From: Pristiophorus japonicus
Lineage: Eukaryota
Direction of reading: 5' to 3'
DNA length: 64,000 bases
Assembly: GCF_044704955.1 (NCBI RefSeq)
Contig: NC_091994.1
Span: forward strand, 111,228,001-111,292,000
The position numbers were made by a program, and so were the translations under genes. The notes beneath the pieces were generated by a model. That model made no database searches. It was not told the origin of the DNA and saw only the letters and a program-made list of their open reading frames with translations. Shown in pieces: positions 45,783-57,434 of the stretch (positions within the stretch are counted from its first letter, which is position 1; each line of letters begins with the position of its first letter).

Positions 45783-48743
45783 TTGCAGGGGGATGGGAAC
45801 CTATGCAGGGAGACAGAGGGAGACAAAAATGAGGCAAAAGCAAAAGACAGAAAGGAGATGAGGAAAAGTGGAGGGCAGAGAAACCCAAGGCAAAGAACAA
45901 AAAGGGCCACTGTACAGCAAAATTCTAGAAGGACAAAGGGTGTTAAAAAAGCAAGCCTGAAGGCTTTGCGTCTTAATGCAAGGAGTATCCGCAATAAGGT
46001 GGATGAATTAACTGTGCAAATAGATGTTAACAAATATGATGTGATTGGGATTACAGAGACGTGGCTCCAGGATGATCAGGGCTGGGAACTCAACATCCAG
46101 GGGTATTCAACATTCAGGAAGGATAGAATAAAAGGAAAAGGAGGTGGGGTAGCATTGCTGGTTAAAGAGGAGATTAATGCAATAGTTAGGAAAGACATTA
46201 GCTTGGATGATGTGGAATCTATATGGGTAGAGCTGCAGAACACTAAAGGGCAAAAATCGTTAGTGGGAGTTGTGTACAGACCTCCAAACAGTAGTAGTGA
46301 TGTTGGGGAGGGCATCAAACAGGAAATTAGGAGTGCATGCAATAAAGGTGCAGCAGTTATAATGGGTGACTTTAATATGCACATAGATTGGGCTAGCCAA
46401 ACTGGAAGCAATACGGTGGAGGAGGATTTCCTGGAGTGCATAAGGGATGGTTTTCTAGACCAATATGTCGAGGAACCAACTAGGGGGGAGGCCATCTTAG
46501 ACTGGGTGTTGTGTAATGAGAGAGGATTAATTAGCAATCTCATTGTGCGAGGCCCCTTGGGGAAGAGTGACCATAATATGGTGGAATTCTGCATTAGGAT
46601 GGAGAATGAAACAGTTAATTCAGAGACCATGGTCCAGAACTTAAAGAAGGGTAACTTTGAAGGTATGAGGCATGAATTGGCTAGGATAGATTGGCTAATG
46701 ATACTTAAGGGGTTGACTGTGGATGGGCAATGGCAGACATTTAGAGACCGCATGGATGAATTACAACAATTGTACATTCCTGTCTGGCGTAAAAATAAAA
46801 AAGGGAAGGTGGCTCAACCGTGGCTATCTAGGGAAATCAGGGATAGTATTAAAGCCAAGGAAATGGCATACACATTGGCCAGAAATAGCAGCGAACCTGG
46901 GGACTGGGAGAAATTTAGAACTCAGCAGAGAAGGACAAAGGGTTTGATTAGGGCAGGGAAAATGGAGTACGAGAAGAAGCTTGCAGGGAACATTAAGGCG
47001 GATTGCAAAAGTTTCTATAGGTATGTAAAGAGAAAAAGGTTAGTAAAGACAAACGTAGGTCCCCTGCAGTCAGAATCAGGGGAAGTCATAACGGGGAACA
47101 AAGAAATGGCAGACCAATTGAACAAGTACTTTGGTTCAGTATTCACTAAGGAGGACACAAACAACCTTCCGGATATAAAAGTGGTCAGAGGGTCTAGTAA
47201 GAAGGAGGAACTGAGGGAAATCTTTATTAGTCGGGAAATTGTGTTGGGGAAATTGATGGGATTGAAGGCCGATAAATCCCCAGGGCCTGATGGACTGCAT
47301 CCCAGAGTACTTAAGGAGGTGGCCTTGGAAATAGTGGATGCATTGACAGTCATTTTCCAACATTCCATTGACTCTGGATCAGTTCCTATGAAGTGGAGGG
47401 TAGCCAATGGAACCCCACTTTTTAAAAAAGGAGGGAGAGAGAAAGCAGGGAATTATAGATCGGTCAGCCTGACCTCAGTAGTGGGTAAAATGATGGAATC
47501 AATTATTAAGGATGTCATAGCAGTGCATTTGGAAAATGGTGACATGATAGGTCCAAGTCAGCATGGATTTGTGAAAGGGAGATCATGCTTGACAAATCTT
47601 CTGGAATTTTTTGAGGATGTTTCCAATAAAGTGGACAAAGGAGTACCAGTTGATGTGGTATATTTGGACTTTCAGAAAGCTTTCGACAAGGTCCCACACA
47701 GGAGATTAATGTGCAAAGTTAAAGCACATGGGATTGGGGGTAGTGTGCTGACGTGGATTGAGAACTGGTTGTCAGACAGGAAGCAAAGAGTAGGAGTAAA
47801 TGGGTACTTTTCGGAATGGCAGGCAGTGACTAGTGGGGTACCGCAGAGTTCTGTGCTGGGGCCCCAGCTGTTTACATTGTACATTAATGATTTAGACGAG
47901 GGGATTAAATGTAGTATCTCCAAATTTGCGGATGACACTAAGTTGGGTGGCAGTGTGAGCGGCGAGGAGGATGCTATGAGGCTACAGAGCGACTTGGATA
48001 GGTTAGGTGAGTGGGCAAATGCGTGGCAGATGAAGTATAATGTGGATAAATGTGAGGTTATCCACTTTGGTGGTAAAAACAGAGAGACAGACTATTATCT
48101 GAATGGTGACAGATTAGGAAAAGGGAAGGTGCAACGAGACCTGGGTGTCATGGTACATCAGTCATTGAAGGTTGGCATGCAGGTACAGCAGGCGGTTAAG
48201 AAAGCAAATGGCATGTTGGCCTTCATAGCGAGGGGATTTGAGTACAGGGGCAGGGAGGTGTTGCTACAGTTGTACAGGGCCTTGGTGAGGCCACACCTGG
48301 AGTATTGTGTACAGTTTTGGTCTCCTAACTTGAGGAAGGATATTCTTGCTATTGAGGGAGTGCAGCGGAGATTCACCAGACTGATTCCCGGGATGGTGGG
48401 ACTGACCTATCAAGAAAGACTGGATCAACTGGGCTTGTATTCACTGGAGTTCAGAAGAGTGAGAGGGGACCTCATAGAAACGTTTAAAATTCTGACGGGT
48501 TTGGACAGGTTGGATGCAGGAAGAATGTTCCCAATGTTGGGGAAGTCCAGAACCAGGGGTCACAGTCTAAGGATAAGGGGTAAGCCATTTAGGACCGAGA
48601 TAAGGAGAAACTTCTTCACCCAGAGAGTGGTGAACCTGTGGAATTCTCTACCACAGGAAGTAGTTGAGGCCAATTCACTAAATATATTTAAAAGGGAGTT
48701 AGATGAAGTCCTTACTACTCGGGGATCAAGGGGTATGGCGTGA
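45783..48743 (+). CDS. CR1 ORF2 protein (APE endonuclease plus reverse transcriptase)
   Basis: NARS, ITETWL, VYRPP, GDFN, LD, SDH; [29 protein letters not shown]; a 1-bp deletion alters the last few residues. Confidence 0.95.
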   Translation: MQGDGNLCRETEGDKNEAKAKDRKEMRKSGGQRNPRQRTKRATVQQNSRRTKGVKKASLKALRLNARSIRNKVDELTVQIDVNKYDVIGITETWLQDDQGWELNIQGYSTFRKDRIKGKGGGVALLVKEEINAIVRKDISLDDVESIWVELQNTKGQKSLVGVVYRPPNSSSDVGEGIKQEIRSACNKGAAVIMGDFNMHIDWASQTGSNTVEEDFLECIRDGFLDQYVEEPTRGEAILDWVLCNERGLISNLIVRGPLGKSDHNMVEFCIRMENETVNSETMVQNLKKGNFEGMRHELARIDWLMILKGLTVDGQWQTFRDRMDELQQLYIPVWRKNKKGKVAQPWLSREIRDSIKAKEMAYTLARNSSEPGDWEKFRTQQRRTKGLIRAGKMEYEKKLAGNIKADCKSFYRYVKRKRLVKTNVGPLQSESGEVITGNKEMADQLNKYFGSVFTKEDTNNLPDIKVVRGSSKKEELREIFISREIVLGKLMGLKADKSPGPDGLHPRVLKEVALEIVDALTVIFQHSIDSGSVPMKWRVANGTPLFKKGGREKAGNYRSVSLTSVVGKMMESIIKDVIAVHLENGDMIGPSQHGFVKGRSCLTNLLEFFEDVSNKVDKGVPVDVVYLDFQKAFDKVPHRRLMCKVKAHGIGGSVLTWIENWLSDRKQRVGVNGYFSEWQAVTSGVPQSSVLGPQLFTLYINDLDEGIKCSISKFADDTKLGGSVSGEEDAMRLQSDLDRLGEWANAWQMKYNVDKCEVIHFGGKNRETDYYLNGDRLGKGKVQRDLGVMVHQSLKVGMQVQQAVKKANGMLAFIARGFEYRGREVLLQLYRALVRPHLEYCVQFWSPNLRKDILAIEGVQRRFTRLIPGMVGLTYQERLDQLGLYSLEFRRVRGDLIETFKILTGLDRLDAGRMFPMLGKSRTRGHSLRIRGKPFRTEIRRNFFTQRVVNLWNSLPQEVVEANSLNIFKRELDEVLTTRGSRGMA

Positions 48744-49179
48744 AAGCAGGAAGGGGGTACTGAAGTTTCATGTTCAGCCATGAACTCATTGAATGGCGGT
48801 GCAGGCTAGAAGGGCTGAATGGCCTGCTCCTGCACCTATTTTCTATGTTTCTATGTCCGCGCCAGCCGACAAAGAGCTACCCAGCCTAATCCCACTTTAC
48901 AGCTCTGGGTCCGTAGCCCTGTAGATTACGACACTTCAGGTGCGCATCCAAGCATTTTTTAAATGTCAGAAAATGTTATCTTTCTGGACATACAATGCCA
49001 GACACCAAATATGTCTGGCCCTATTCTCATCGTAATCCTAGGTGCAACTTACAAAAGAAGTGGCTTTTGGGAACACCACAGTATCTCCAGCCGTATACGA
49101 GAAGTACTTTGATGGTTATAGGCCAGCTGGTATCCTAACTTAATGGTCAAAGCCGTCGACATTGGTGAACTACTGGAAA

Positions 49180-49290
49180 GAAAGAAAGACATTACAACAG
49201 TGACTATAGTCCAAAAGTACTCTATTGGCTGTAAAGCGCTTTGGTGGTTGTGAAAGGCGCTATGGAAATGCAAGTCTTTCTTTCTTTTCC
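49180..49290 (+). mobile_element. Deu-SINE 3' tail
   Basis: acattacaacagtgacta..gtgaaaggcgctatggaaatgcaagtctttc. Confidence 0.78.
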
Positions 49291-50584
49291 ATTCTGAATC
49301 AGCTTTCTTTGACCCTCCATTCCCTCCCCGTCTCAGACGTCTGTGAACCACTGTTCAGTTTGGAGGGAGATCGAGTGATTCACAAACTCCCTGAGTTCTT
49401 CCAGCACCAGCCATCAACCAATAGACCCCATTATATATACACAATAGTTCAGGACGGATAGAAAATAACCAGGTTCAGAACAATGACCAGCAACACCTCC
49501 ACTGACTCCGTCACAAACTGATTGGGATGTGGTCATTTTTGTTTTGGATTGGATTTGCATAATTAAAGTTGAGCCTATATTCTCATGCAGTGCAGTAAAT
49601 ACTCCACACATTTACGTGGTAAGTGTTTCACAAACCCAGCCAGTATATACAGTCCCTGTATACATACACACATATATCAACACGCAAATATTTGTGCATA
49701 TTTATATGCTGCATTTTGTATACGTGTTACATCGGCACCGTGAGGCAACACATGTTTCTATTCTGTACAGGTTGCTCCCCAGAGGTCCTGGAATCTCCAA
49801 CACAGCAGCCCCAGCGCAGAACGCAGGCAACATATTTTCCATATTCTTCATAGAGTTTGGAAACTTCAAGAGTGAAAATTTAGTTTCATTTCCTTCAGTT
49901 ATACACTGCACATCCACACATATACCGCACACATACACTGCTCCTCCACACATACACCGCTCCCTCACACGTGTTCTGTACCTTTACTCACATCGTACAC
50001 ATTCACAAAGACACGATTGATCACACTGGATATTCCCATTGGCCGGCACCATGTGTATTGCAGAACAATCAAAGATCACTTCTAACTGCTGTCACTTTTC
50101 CCATTTTTTTTCTCAGACTGTAGGCTCCTTGCCCCTCCTGCTCATATATATAACTTGCTGTTATCCAATGGAGAAGGTTAACACAATGATCTATTCCATT
50201 GTCTGTGTGATGCTATTCTTGGACCGTGACAGATCACTCAGGTTTGGCCAACATTATCCCAGCCAGACTTGCACTCTTATTTTCCTTCCCTCAATTCATC
50301 TGAGATCAGGAACTCGCCACATGATAAATCATGAGCATTGAGGCACATTCAGGAATGAACCCATATTCAACACACATTAACAGGCTGCACCATCTATCTG
50401 TGCACTGCAAACCTATTCTGAAACGTTTGATCACAGTCTAGAGTCAAAAAGTATCATGTGATTAAGAAAAGTTTGTGACTGAACACCACAGATAATGTTT
50501 TCCATTTGTGAGCAACAGCTGCCTGTGTTCAGTTAACCTTTATTTGATGAACCAGTTCAGTGATGTGTCTGAAGTTACCGTCAT

Positions 50585-50845
50585 TTACATCGAATGTACA
50601 ACACAGAAACAGGCCATTCGGCCCTACTGATCCAAGCAAATGTTTGTGCTCCACACTGGCCTCCTTATCTCACCCTATCAGAATCACCTTCTACTCCTTT
50701 CTCCCTCATGTACTGCATCGATGTTAGTCACCTCAACCAGTCCCTGTGGTAGCGAGTCTCACACTCTCTGGATAAAGAGGTTTCTCCTGAATTCCCTACT
50801 GGATTTATTCGTGATGATCTTATATTGATGGCCTCGAGTGCTGAT
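50585..50845 (-). mobile_element. Old CR1 3' fragment
   Basis: STRGHQYKIITNKSSREFRRNLFIQRV on the minus strand. Confidence 0.7.
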
Positions 50846-51049
50846 GATTACCGCATTTATCCTGCGTCTCACTTTATTTTCACATCTATTTTGCCCAGTT
50901 CCATTCTCCTTTCTCATCTTCCTTGCCAAGAAGCTAGTCTTCACCCGGGATGAAAGGACAGTTTCAGCCATGGCCTTCTCCCTGCCCACGGAGCTATGGT
51001 TATCGCAATGTTTGCATTTCTCACTTTGAAACATCTCAGAGGTGCTTCT

Positions 51050-51330
51050 CACCTCCCACAAACAGCAATGTCCGCAGTTGATCTGCTATTGGTTAGTTAG
51101 TGTGCGGATATGCCCAAGTATTCCCTACTCTTCCTCGAGTAGTGTCATCTTAAACATCCACCTGAGAAGACAGGCCGGATGGGAGTTTTAGCATCTCATC
51201 CAAAGGACGGTACCTCCAGCAATGTCGCACTCCCTCGGTTCAGTACTGGCGAGTCAACCTAAATTACGTGGAATGTGGCCTGAACCCACAGCCTTCCGGC
51301 CCAGAGATAAGGCGGCTATGAAATGAGCTT
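51050..51330 (-). mobile_element. Degenerate Deu-domain SINE
   Basis: ctcccacaaacagcaatgt..catccacctgaga..catctcatccaaaggacggtacctcc. Confidence 0.6.
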
Positions 51331-51799
51331 CAGTGACACATCAAACAAGCTTTCATTGCACAAGGTAGAATTCCCTGCTGCTCTGTTCTCTGTCATCCAA
51401 AATGCTGCATCTAGCTGCTTGGGCGAGAGCTGTTTGAACTCTCACATAAGGGGAGAGGGAGCTGTCTAGAATGTCAATCAAGACTGGGGAGTGGATCTTG
51501 GGCCTTCTGATTGAGATTGCAGTTACATACTACTATGAGATTGTATTTAATCTCTGGACACAAGTTCAAGTCAAACGCTGCCTGCTTGATCAGGTGATAG
51601 CCACCTGAATGGGCATGGGCAGCACATTCGGACATTTTTTGAACAGCTCACATTCCTGGAGCAGCCCAAAATAGCCCTTTCTGAAAACTCTGCTCTACTG
51701 GTCCCCAGGGTGATTTTGTGCAGCAGCAGATATTTTATCTCAAATGTCGCTCAAATCTCTGTACAGGTGTAATACATTTCTTCCTTTGCTTTCTCTTCC

Positions 51800-52598
51800 T
51801 CAGAAGTGCATATGCACATGCAGCAAGACCTGGACAACATCCAGGCTTGGGGCTAATAAGTGGCAAGTAACATTCGTGCCACACATGTGCCAGGCAATGA
51901 CCAGTTCCAACAAACAAGAACCAAAGCTCCCGTTGATATTCAATGGCATTACCATCACCAAGTCTCCCACCATCAACATCCTGGGCCTCACCATTGGCCA
52001 CAAACTCAACTGGAATAGCAACATAAATGCTGTGGTGACAAGAGCAGGTCAGAGGCTAGATATTGTGACAGGTGTCTCACTTCCTGACTCCCCAAGCCTC
52101 TCCACCACCGACAAGGAACAGGAGTGTGATGGAATACTCTCCACTTGCCTAGGTGAGTGCAGCTCCAACAACACTCGAGAAGCTCGACACCATCCAGGTC
52201 AAAGCAGCCCGTTTGATCGCCACCCCATCCACTAACTTAGTAAATATCCACTCCCTCCACCATCGGCGACTGTGGCTGCAATGTGCACTGCAGCAACTCG
52301 CCAAGGCTTCTTCGGCAGCACCTCCCAAACCCACGACCTCTACCGCCTAGAAAGACAAGGGCAGCAGGTGCATGGGAACACCGCCACCTTCAAGTTCCCC
52401 TCCAAGTCACACACCATCCTGACTTGGACATATATTGCCGTCTCTTCATTGTCACAAATCCTGGAACTCCTTACCTAACAGCACTGTTGGAACACCTTCA
52501 CCACAAGGACTGCAACGGTTCCAGGGAAACTGGAAATGGGCAATAAATGCTGACCTTGCCATTGATGCCCACATCTCAAAGAATGATGATTTAAAAAA
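51800..52598 (+). mobile_element. Zenon-like CR1-group LINE 3' fragment
   Basis: WQVTFVPHMCQAM..INILGLTI..AGQRL and MHCSNSPRLLRQHLP; tail gggcaataaatgctgaccttgcc. Confidence 0.75.
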
Positions 52599-52637
52599 AG
52601 ACATCAAGTCCCTAATTACTTCATGCTTTTGAACTCC

Positions 52638-52930
52638 AACAACAATTTGTACTTAATGTAGTAAAACATCCCAAGGCGCTTTACAGGAGCACTGCCAAAC
52701 TAAATTTGACACCAAGCCACATAAGGAGATATTAGGGCAGGTGACCAAAAGTTCGGTCAAAGAGGTAGGTTTTAAGGGGCGGGAGGAGGAGGAGAGAGAG
52801 GTAGAGAGGCGGAGAGGTTTAGGGAGGGAGTTCCAGAGCTTAGAGCCTTGGTAGCTGAAGGCACGGCCGCCAATGGTGGAGCGATGAATCAGGGATGCGC
52901 AAGAGGGCAGAATTGGAGGAGCACAGAGAT
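52638..52930 (-). mobile_element. L2-clade LINE 3' fragment
   Basis: caacaacaatttgtac start; colinear with the other L2 ends. Confidence 0.8.
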
Positions 52931-54404
52931 CACTCTCTCGCTCTCTTTATTTTTCCCATTTCTTTGCTGCACATTCTCCTGTTGCCACACAAAGTCAAGG
53001 GGTCCACACACAATCAACAAAAAAACACAACAAAATAACCTAGCAAAACAACACATCCAAACTAGAGAGTATTTAAGTAAAGACACTGTCGGGCTGGAGT
53101 GAGTTACAGAGGTAGGGAAACGCTCATGTATTGCAGGTGCCTTTATTAAATACTAGCAGATTCCTGTTCCTCTGCAAATATACCTTTAGATTTTTTTTTG
53201 TTGAATATTAGGATGTTGACAGAGTGCGGGGTTTGTTGGTGTCGAGCCGAGCTGCACATGAACTCCTGCAGAGTTCCACCTTTGATAAATAATTCAAAAT
53301 TGGCACAAAGTGGCAGAGAATATTAAATATTCGTTGGGCAGCAAAATCTTCAACTTTTACAGTGAGCAAACGTTAGGGTGGGTGGAGAGAACTTTCTTTT
53401 CTTAAACTAATATTGGGAATGATTCATAAATAGCCTGACCAGGAAAAAAATAAACAGATCTGTTAGTGAGATGTGTGCAAAGTATTCTAAATAAATCATA
53501 AATCTAGGTTAAAAATTAATTTAGATTCTCATTTCTTTAGAAGCCTTTTACCCAATAAGTTTCAATCATGATACAGAATTGCGGGTGAACTGCAGGAGCA
53601 TATAATATTAATTAAATGTAGTGAGTAAAATACTATGTAATATACAGGAGAAATAAAATACACACTGCAGGATATCCAAATGTTTATGACCCATGGTTTT
53701 AACCCTCTAGGGCTTGCAGTTGTGTTTTTAGCACCATAAATAAAATAATTAGAATTTTCCCATTTTCTTCAGGTTGTGTTGCAGACACATTGTGCGTGTT
53801 CTCAACTGGGTTCCCTCGCTCACCAACAGTGCGCGAGAATGTCCTCTTCCATCAAATGCATTGTTTCCCGATGAGGTAAAGGGACTCCTCCGGTCCTCAC
53901 GGAGTTAACGACAGACCACGCCACCTAGGACTAATTGATTTTCTAAGTCGTTTATTTTATTAGAAATTCTCTACTTCGTTTATTAAAAAGATCCGAAATG
54001 AGGCATTATTCTGTTTTCTAATTAAAATTTAATATTCAAATATTATTAAGGGCGCTCAAAGAATGCTGAACCTTAGGCTGTGAATGAAAAATAATGCAAC
54101 TTTTTGGGGTTGTATACGTTGGTTGTTGAGAGTAATTAAAATACAGATCTAATGGTGACACGCTTTGCTTCCTGTGAGCACCGGAAATACAGGCGGTCCA
54201 TTTTAAGCAGCTGGTCGGGCACGCCATGTTTATTCAAGCGCACTTGTTGCTTGGTTCCCTGGCACTTCAAACGCTTGATCGCCTGACTCCTTAACAAAAA
54301 GTTATGGGTTTGATTCCCCAGAGCTGCCTGTCTCGAAGACTCACCTGCCTTAGTCGGAAGAGCTTTCATCCGTCTCTGTGGCATTGGATAGGCTGTTGTT
54401 GAGA

Positions 54405-54987
54405 GGGGTATTGGTGAGGCCACACCTGGAGTACTGCGTACAATTTTGGTTTCCATATTTACGAAAGGATATACTTGCTTTGGAGGCAGTTCAGAGAAGG
54501 TTCACTAGGTTGATTCTGGGGATGAGGGGGTTGACTTATGAGGAAAGGTTGAGGAAGTTGGGCCTCTACTCATTGGAATTCAGAAGAATGAGAGGTGATC
54601 TTATCGAAACATATAAGATTATGAGGGGGCTTGACAAGGTGGATGCAGAGAGGATGTTTCCACTGATGGGGGAGACTAGAACTAGGGGGCATGGTCTTAG
54701 AATAACGGGCCGCCCATTTAAAACTGAGATGAGGAGGAATTTCTTCTCTCAGAGGGTTGTAAATCTGTGGAATTCGCTGCCTCAGAGAGCTGTGGAAGCT
54801 GGGACATTGAATAAATTTAAGACAGAGATAGACAGTTTCTTAAATGATAAGGGGATAAGGGGTTATGGGGAGCGGGCAAGGAAGTGGAGCTGAGTCCATG
54901 ATCAGATCAGCCATGATGGTATTAAATGGCGGAGCAGGCTCGAGGGGCCAGATGGCCGACTCCTGCTCCTGTTTCTTATGTTCTTAT
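54405..54987 (+). mobile_element. CR1-A 3' fragment
   Basis: ORF 54378..54893 reads LVRPHLEYCVQFW..WNSLPQ; ttcttatgttcttat tail. Confidence 0.92.
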
Positions 54988-55213
54988 ATAAGGGAGGCAA
55001 TACAATGCTGCGTTTTCTACTGGCTCTTCATATCTGGGGCTCATTCTGTAACCCAGACCATCTACAAGGTCCCTATCCATCTTTCCTTCCAGAGGTAATG
55101 GTAATATCAAGCAGCCTATAATAGATAACATATGAAGGAGCTTGAGTGGAGCATTAACACTGGCATGGACTGGTTGAGTCAAATGGTCTGTTTCTGTGCC
55201 ATATATCCTATGT

Positions 55214-55592
55214 AAAGACTTGCATTTATATAGCGCCTTTCATTGACCTCAGGACGTCTCAAAGTGCTTTACAGCCAATGAAGTGCTATTGTAATGTAGG
55301 AAGCACAGCAGCTAATTTGCGCACATCAAGCTCCCACAAACAGCAATGTGCTCATGTTTTTTTGATGCTGGATGAGGGGTAGATATTGGCCAAGACACTG
55401 GGGAGAATTCCCTTACTCTTCTTCAAAATAGTGTCATGGGATCTTTTGCATCTCATCTGAAATACGGTACCTCCCTCAGCACTGCACTGGGAGTGTCAGC
55501 CTAGATTTATGTGCTCAAGTCCCTGGAGTGGGACTTGAACTGACAACCTTCTGACTCAGGGGCAAGTGTGCTGCCCACTGAGCCACAGCTAA
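55214..55592 (-). mobile_element. Deu-domain SINE with tRNA head and internal deletions
   Basis: Reverse-strand A box (cccactgagcca) and B box (gggacttgaac); tail at 55214. Confidence 0.82.
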
Positions 55593-55621
55593 CACCTGTA
55601 AAGGAAGAGATATATGAGGAG

Positions 55622-55852
55622 TCATCATCATCACAGGCAGTCCCTCGAAATCGAGGAAGACTTGCTTCCACTCTAAAAGTGAGTTCTCAGGTGACTGAAC
55701 AGTCCAATACGGGAATTACAGTCTCTGTCACAGGTGGGACAGACAGTGGTTGAAGGAAAGGGCGGGTGGGGGGTCTGGTTTGCCGCACGCTCCTTCCGCT
55801 GCCTGCACTTGCTTTCTGCATGCTCTCGGCGACGAGATTCAAGGTGCTCAGC
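55622..55852 (-). mobile_element. RTE-clade LINE 3' end
   Basis: CPTCDRDCNSRIGLFSHLRTH C2H2-like C-terminus; (GAT)n tail. Confidence 0.9.
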
Positions 55853-56414
55853 GCGGGGAGGAGTGCCTGCCCAATGACAGTCATTGATACAGCCGAGACA
55901 GGCCACTCCAATGCATCAACAAAATGCCTTACCCGAGGAAGCTCGTGTTTGGGTTTGCTTCAGTTGCACAGGTGTGACTTACTGCACCTTGTTGCAGCTA
56001 ATACTGAAGTCTGGTTTACCAGGAACACCCACTGCTAACCCTACATTTGACTTTTACATTAAAATCAGGCACACCTGCACTGATTAATGCACGGACCACG
56101 CCTAGGTTATGGCAATTATTTGTATTTCTAAGAATATGTTTACAACTCTGTGTAGGTAGATTTGAATAGAATTTAGCTTGCTGACTCTCCATTTATACGC
56201 ACTTCATATGAAAAGGGCTGCAGAAATTAGATAAAAGTTGCTTGCAACATAAAACAGTGGTCCAAGCCAAACATAGATTTACATGTGCAACAACCTTACT
56301 ACTTTTCATTTCAAAGAGGCAACGATATTATCAGGGAACCCTGTATAATCTGATATATACAAAGCTGTTTATGTAATCAGCCAGGACTGTTGAGAATTGT
56401 TGCTCATGACTAGT

Positions 56415-57210
56415 ATTATAGAATCAGCGGATATAGGGCACAGAAACAGGCCAATCGGCCTAACCAGCCCACGCCAGCGTTTATGCTCCACTCGAGCCTC
56501 CTTCTGTCGTTCCTCAACTAACTCTATCAACATAATCCCTTAATCCCTTCTCCCTCATATGATTGCATTTAAGGGGAGGCTAGACATCGATACTATTCGC
56601 TTCAACCACTCCCTGTGGTAGCGAGTTCCACATTCTTACCGCTCTTTGGATAAAAAAGTTTCTTCTGAATTTCTTATTGGATTTCTTGGTGACTATCTTA
56701 TATTGATGGCCTCTAGTTATGCTCTTCCCCACAAGTGGAAACACTCTCTCTATATCCACTCTATCAAAATCTTTCATAATTTTAAAGACCTCTATTAGGT
56801 CATAGAATGATACAGCACAGAAGGAGGTCATTTGGACCATCGTGCCTGTCCCGGCTCTAGAAAAGATTTGCCTAAATAGTCCCCCCCGCCCTTTCCCCAT
56901 CACCCTGCAAATGTTCCCCTTCAAGTATCTATCCAATTCTCCTTTTTAAGTTGTTACTGAATCTTTCTCCACAGCCCTTTCAACTAGTGAGTTCCAGCTC
57001 ATAACAACTCGCTGCGTGATAAAAATTTCTCCTCATTTCATCTCTGGTTCTTTTGCCAATTATCTTAAATGTGTGTCCTCTGGTTACCGACCCTCCTGAC
57101 ACTGCAAATGGTTTCTCCTTTATTTACTCTACCAAAACCCTTCATGATTTTGAACAACTCTATTAAATCTCCTTTTAACCTTTTTCTGCTCCAAGGACAA
57201 CAACCCAAAC
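56415..57210 (-). mobile_element. Two adjacent or nested older CR1 3' fragments (boundary near 56800)
   Basis: ITRGHQYKI..RNFFIQRAVRMWNSLP; a second tail catagaatgatacagcacagaagg at 56801. Confidence 0.75.
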
Positions 57211-57434
57211 AATAAAAGCCAAGCTGAGCGATTACTGACTGTGTGAGCAGCCAACGGAGGTCTTGGTTACAAACTGTTTCACAAGGCAGCCTCAGGGAAG
57301 CTGCTTGTATCAGAATTGATTATTGGTGGGGCCTGACTACTGTACTTCAACACTGAACTATTGGCAATTACTCTTTAATACTACAGCTAAAGGCAATACA
57401 TTTGTCCACCCTGGAAACACATAGCATGCTCTCC

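Larger units (their letters stand above)
44971..48855 (+). mobile_element. Nearly full-length young CR1-B LINE, truncated in the 5' part of ORF1
   Basis: ORF1, ORF2, 3' UTR and tttctatgtttctatg tail; TGTCC at 44965-44969 and 48854-48858. Confidence 0.96.
44903..48965 (-). mobile_element. CR1-C 3' fragment (44903-44969 and 48854-48965), host of the long CR1-B
   Basis: The two parts rejoin through the duplicated TGTCC to give the CR1-C terminal UTR seen at 21349-21423. Confidence 0.8.

Noticed and set aside
3271-48781. Many recurring 60-230 aa ORFs antisense to CR1 ORF2 (MSSANL.., MNLRCTPS.., MATLH..)
   Set aside because: They are shadow frames of the RT sequence and recur only because the elements are homologous.
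49529-50020. 163-aa ORF rich in H/T/Y/I
   Set aside because: Overlaps degenerate CA/TA low-complexity sequence and shows no domain signal.
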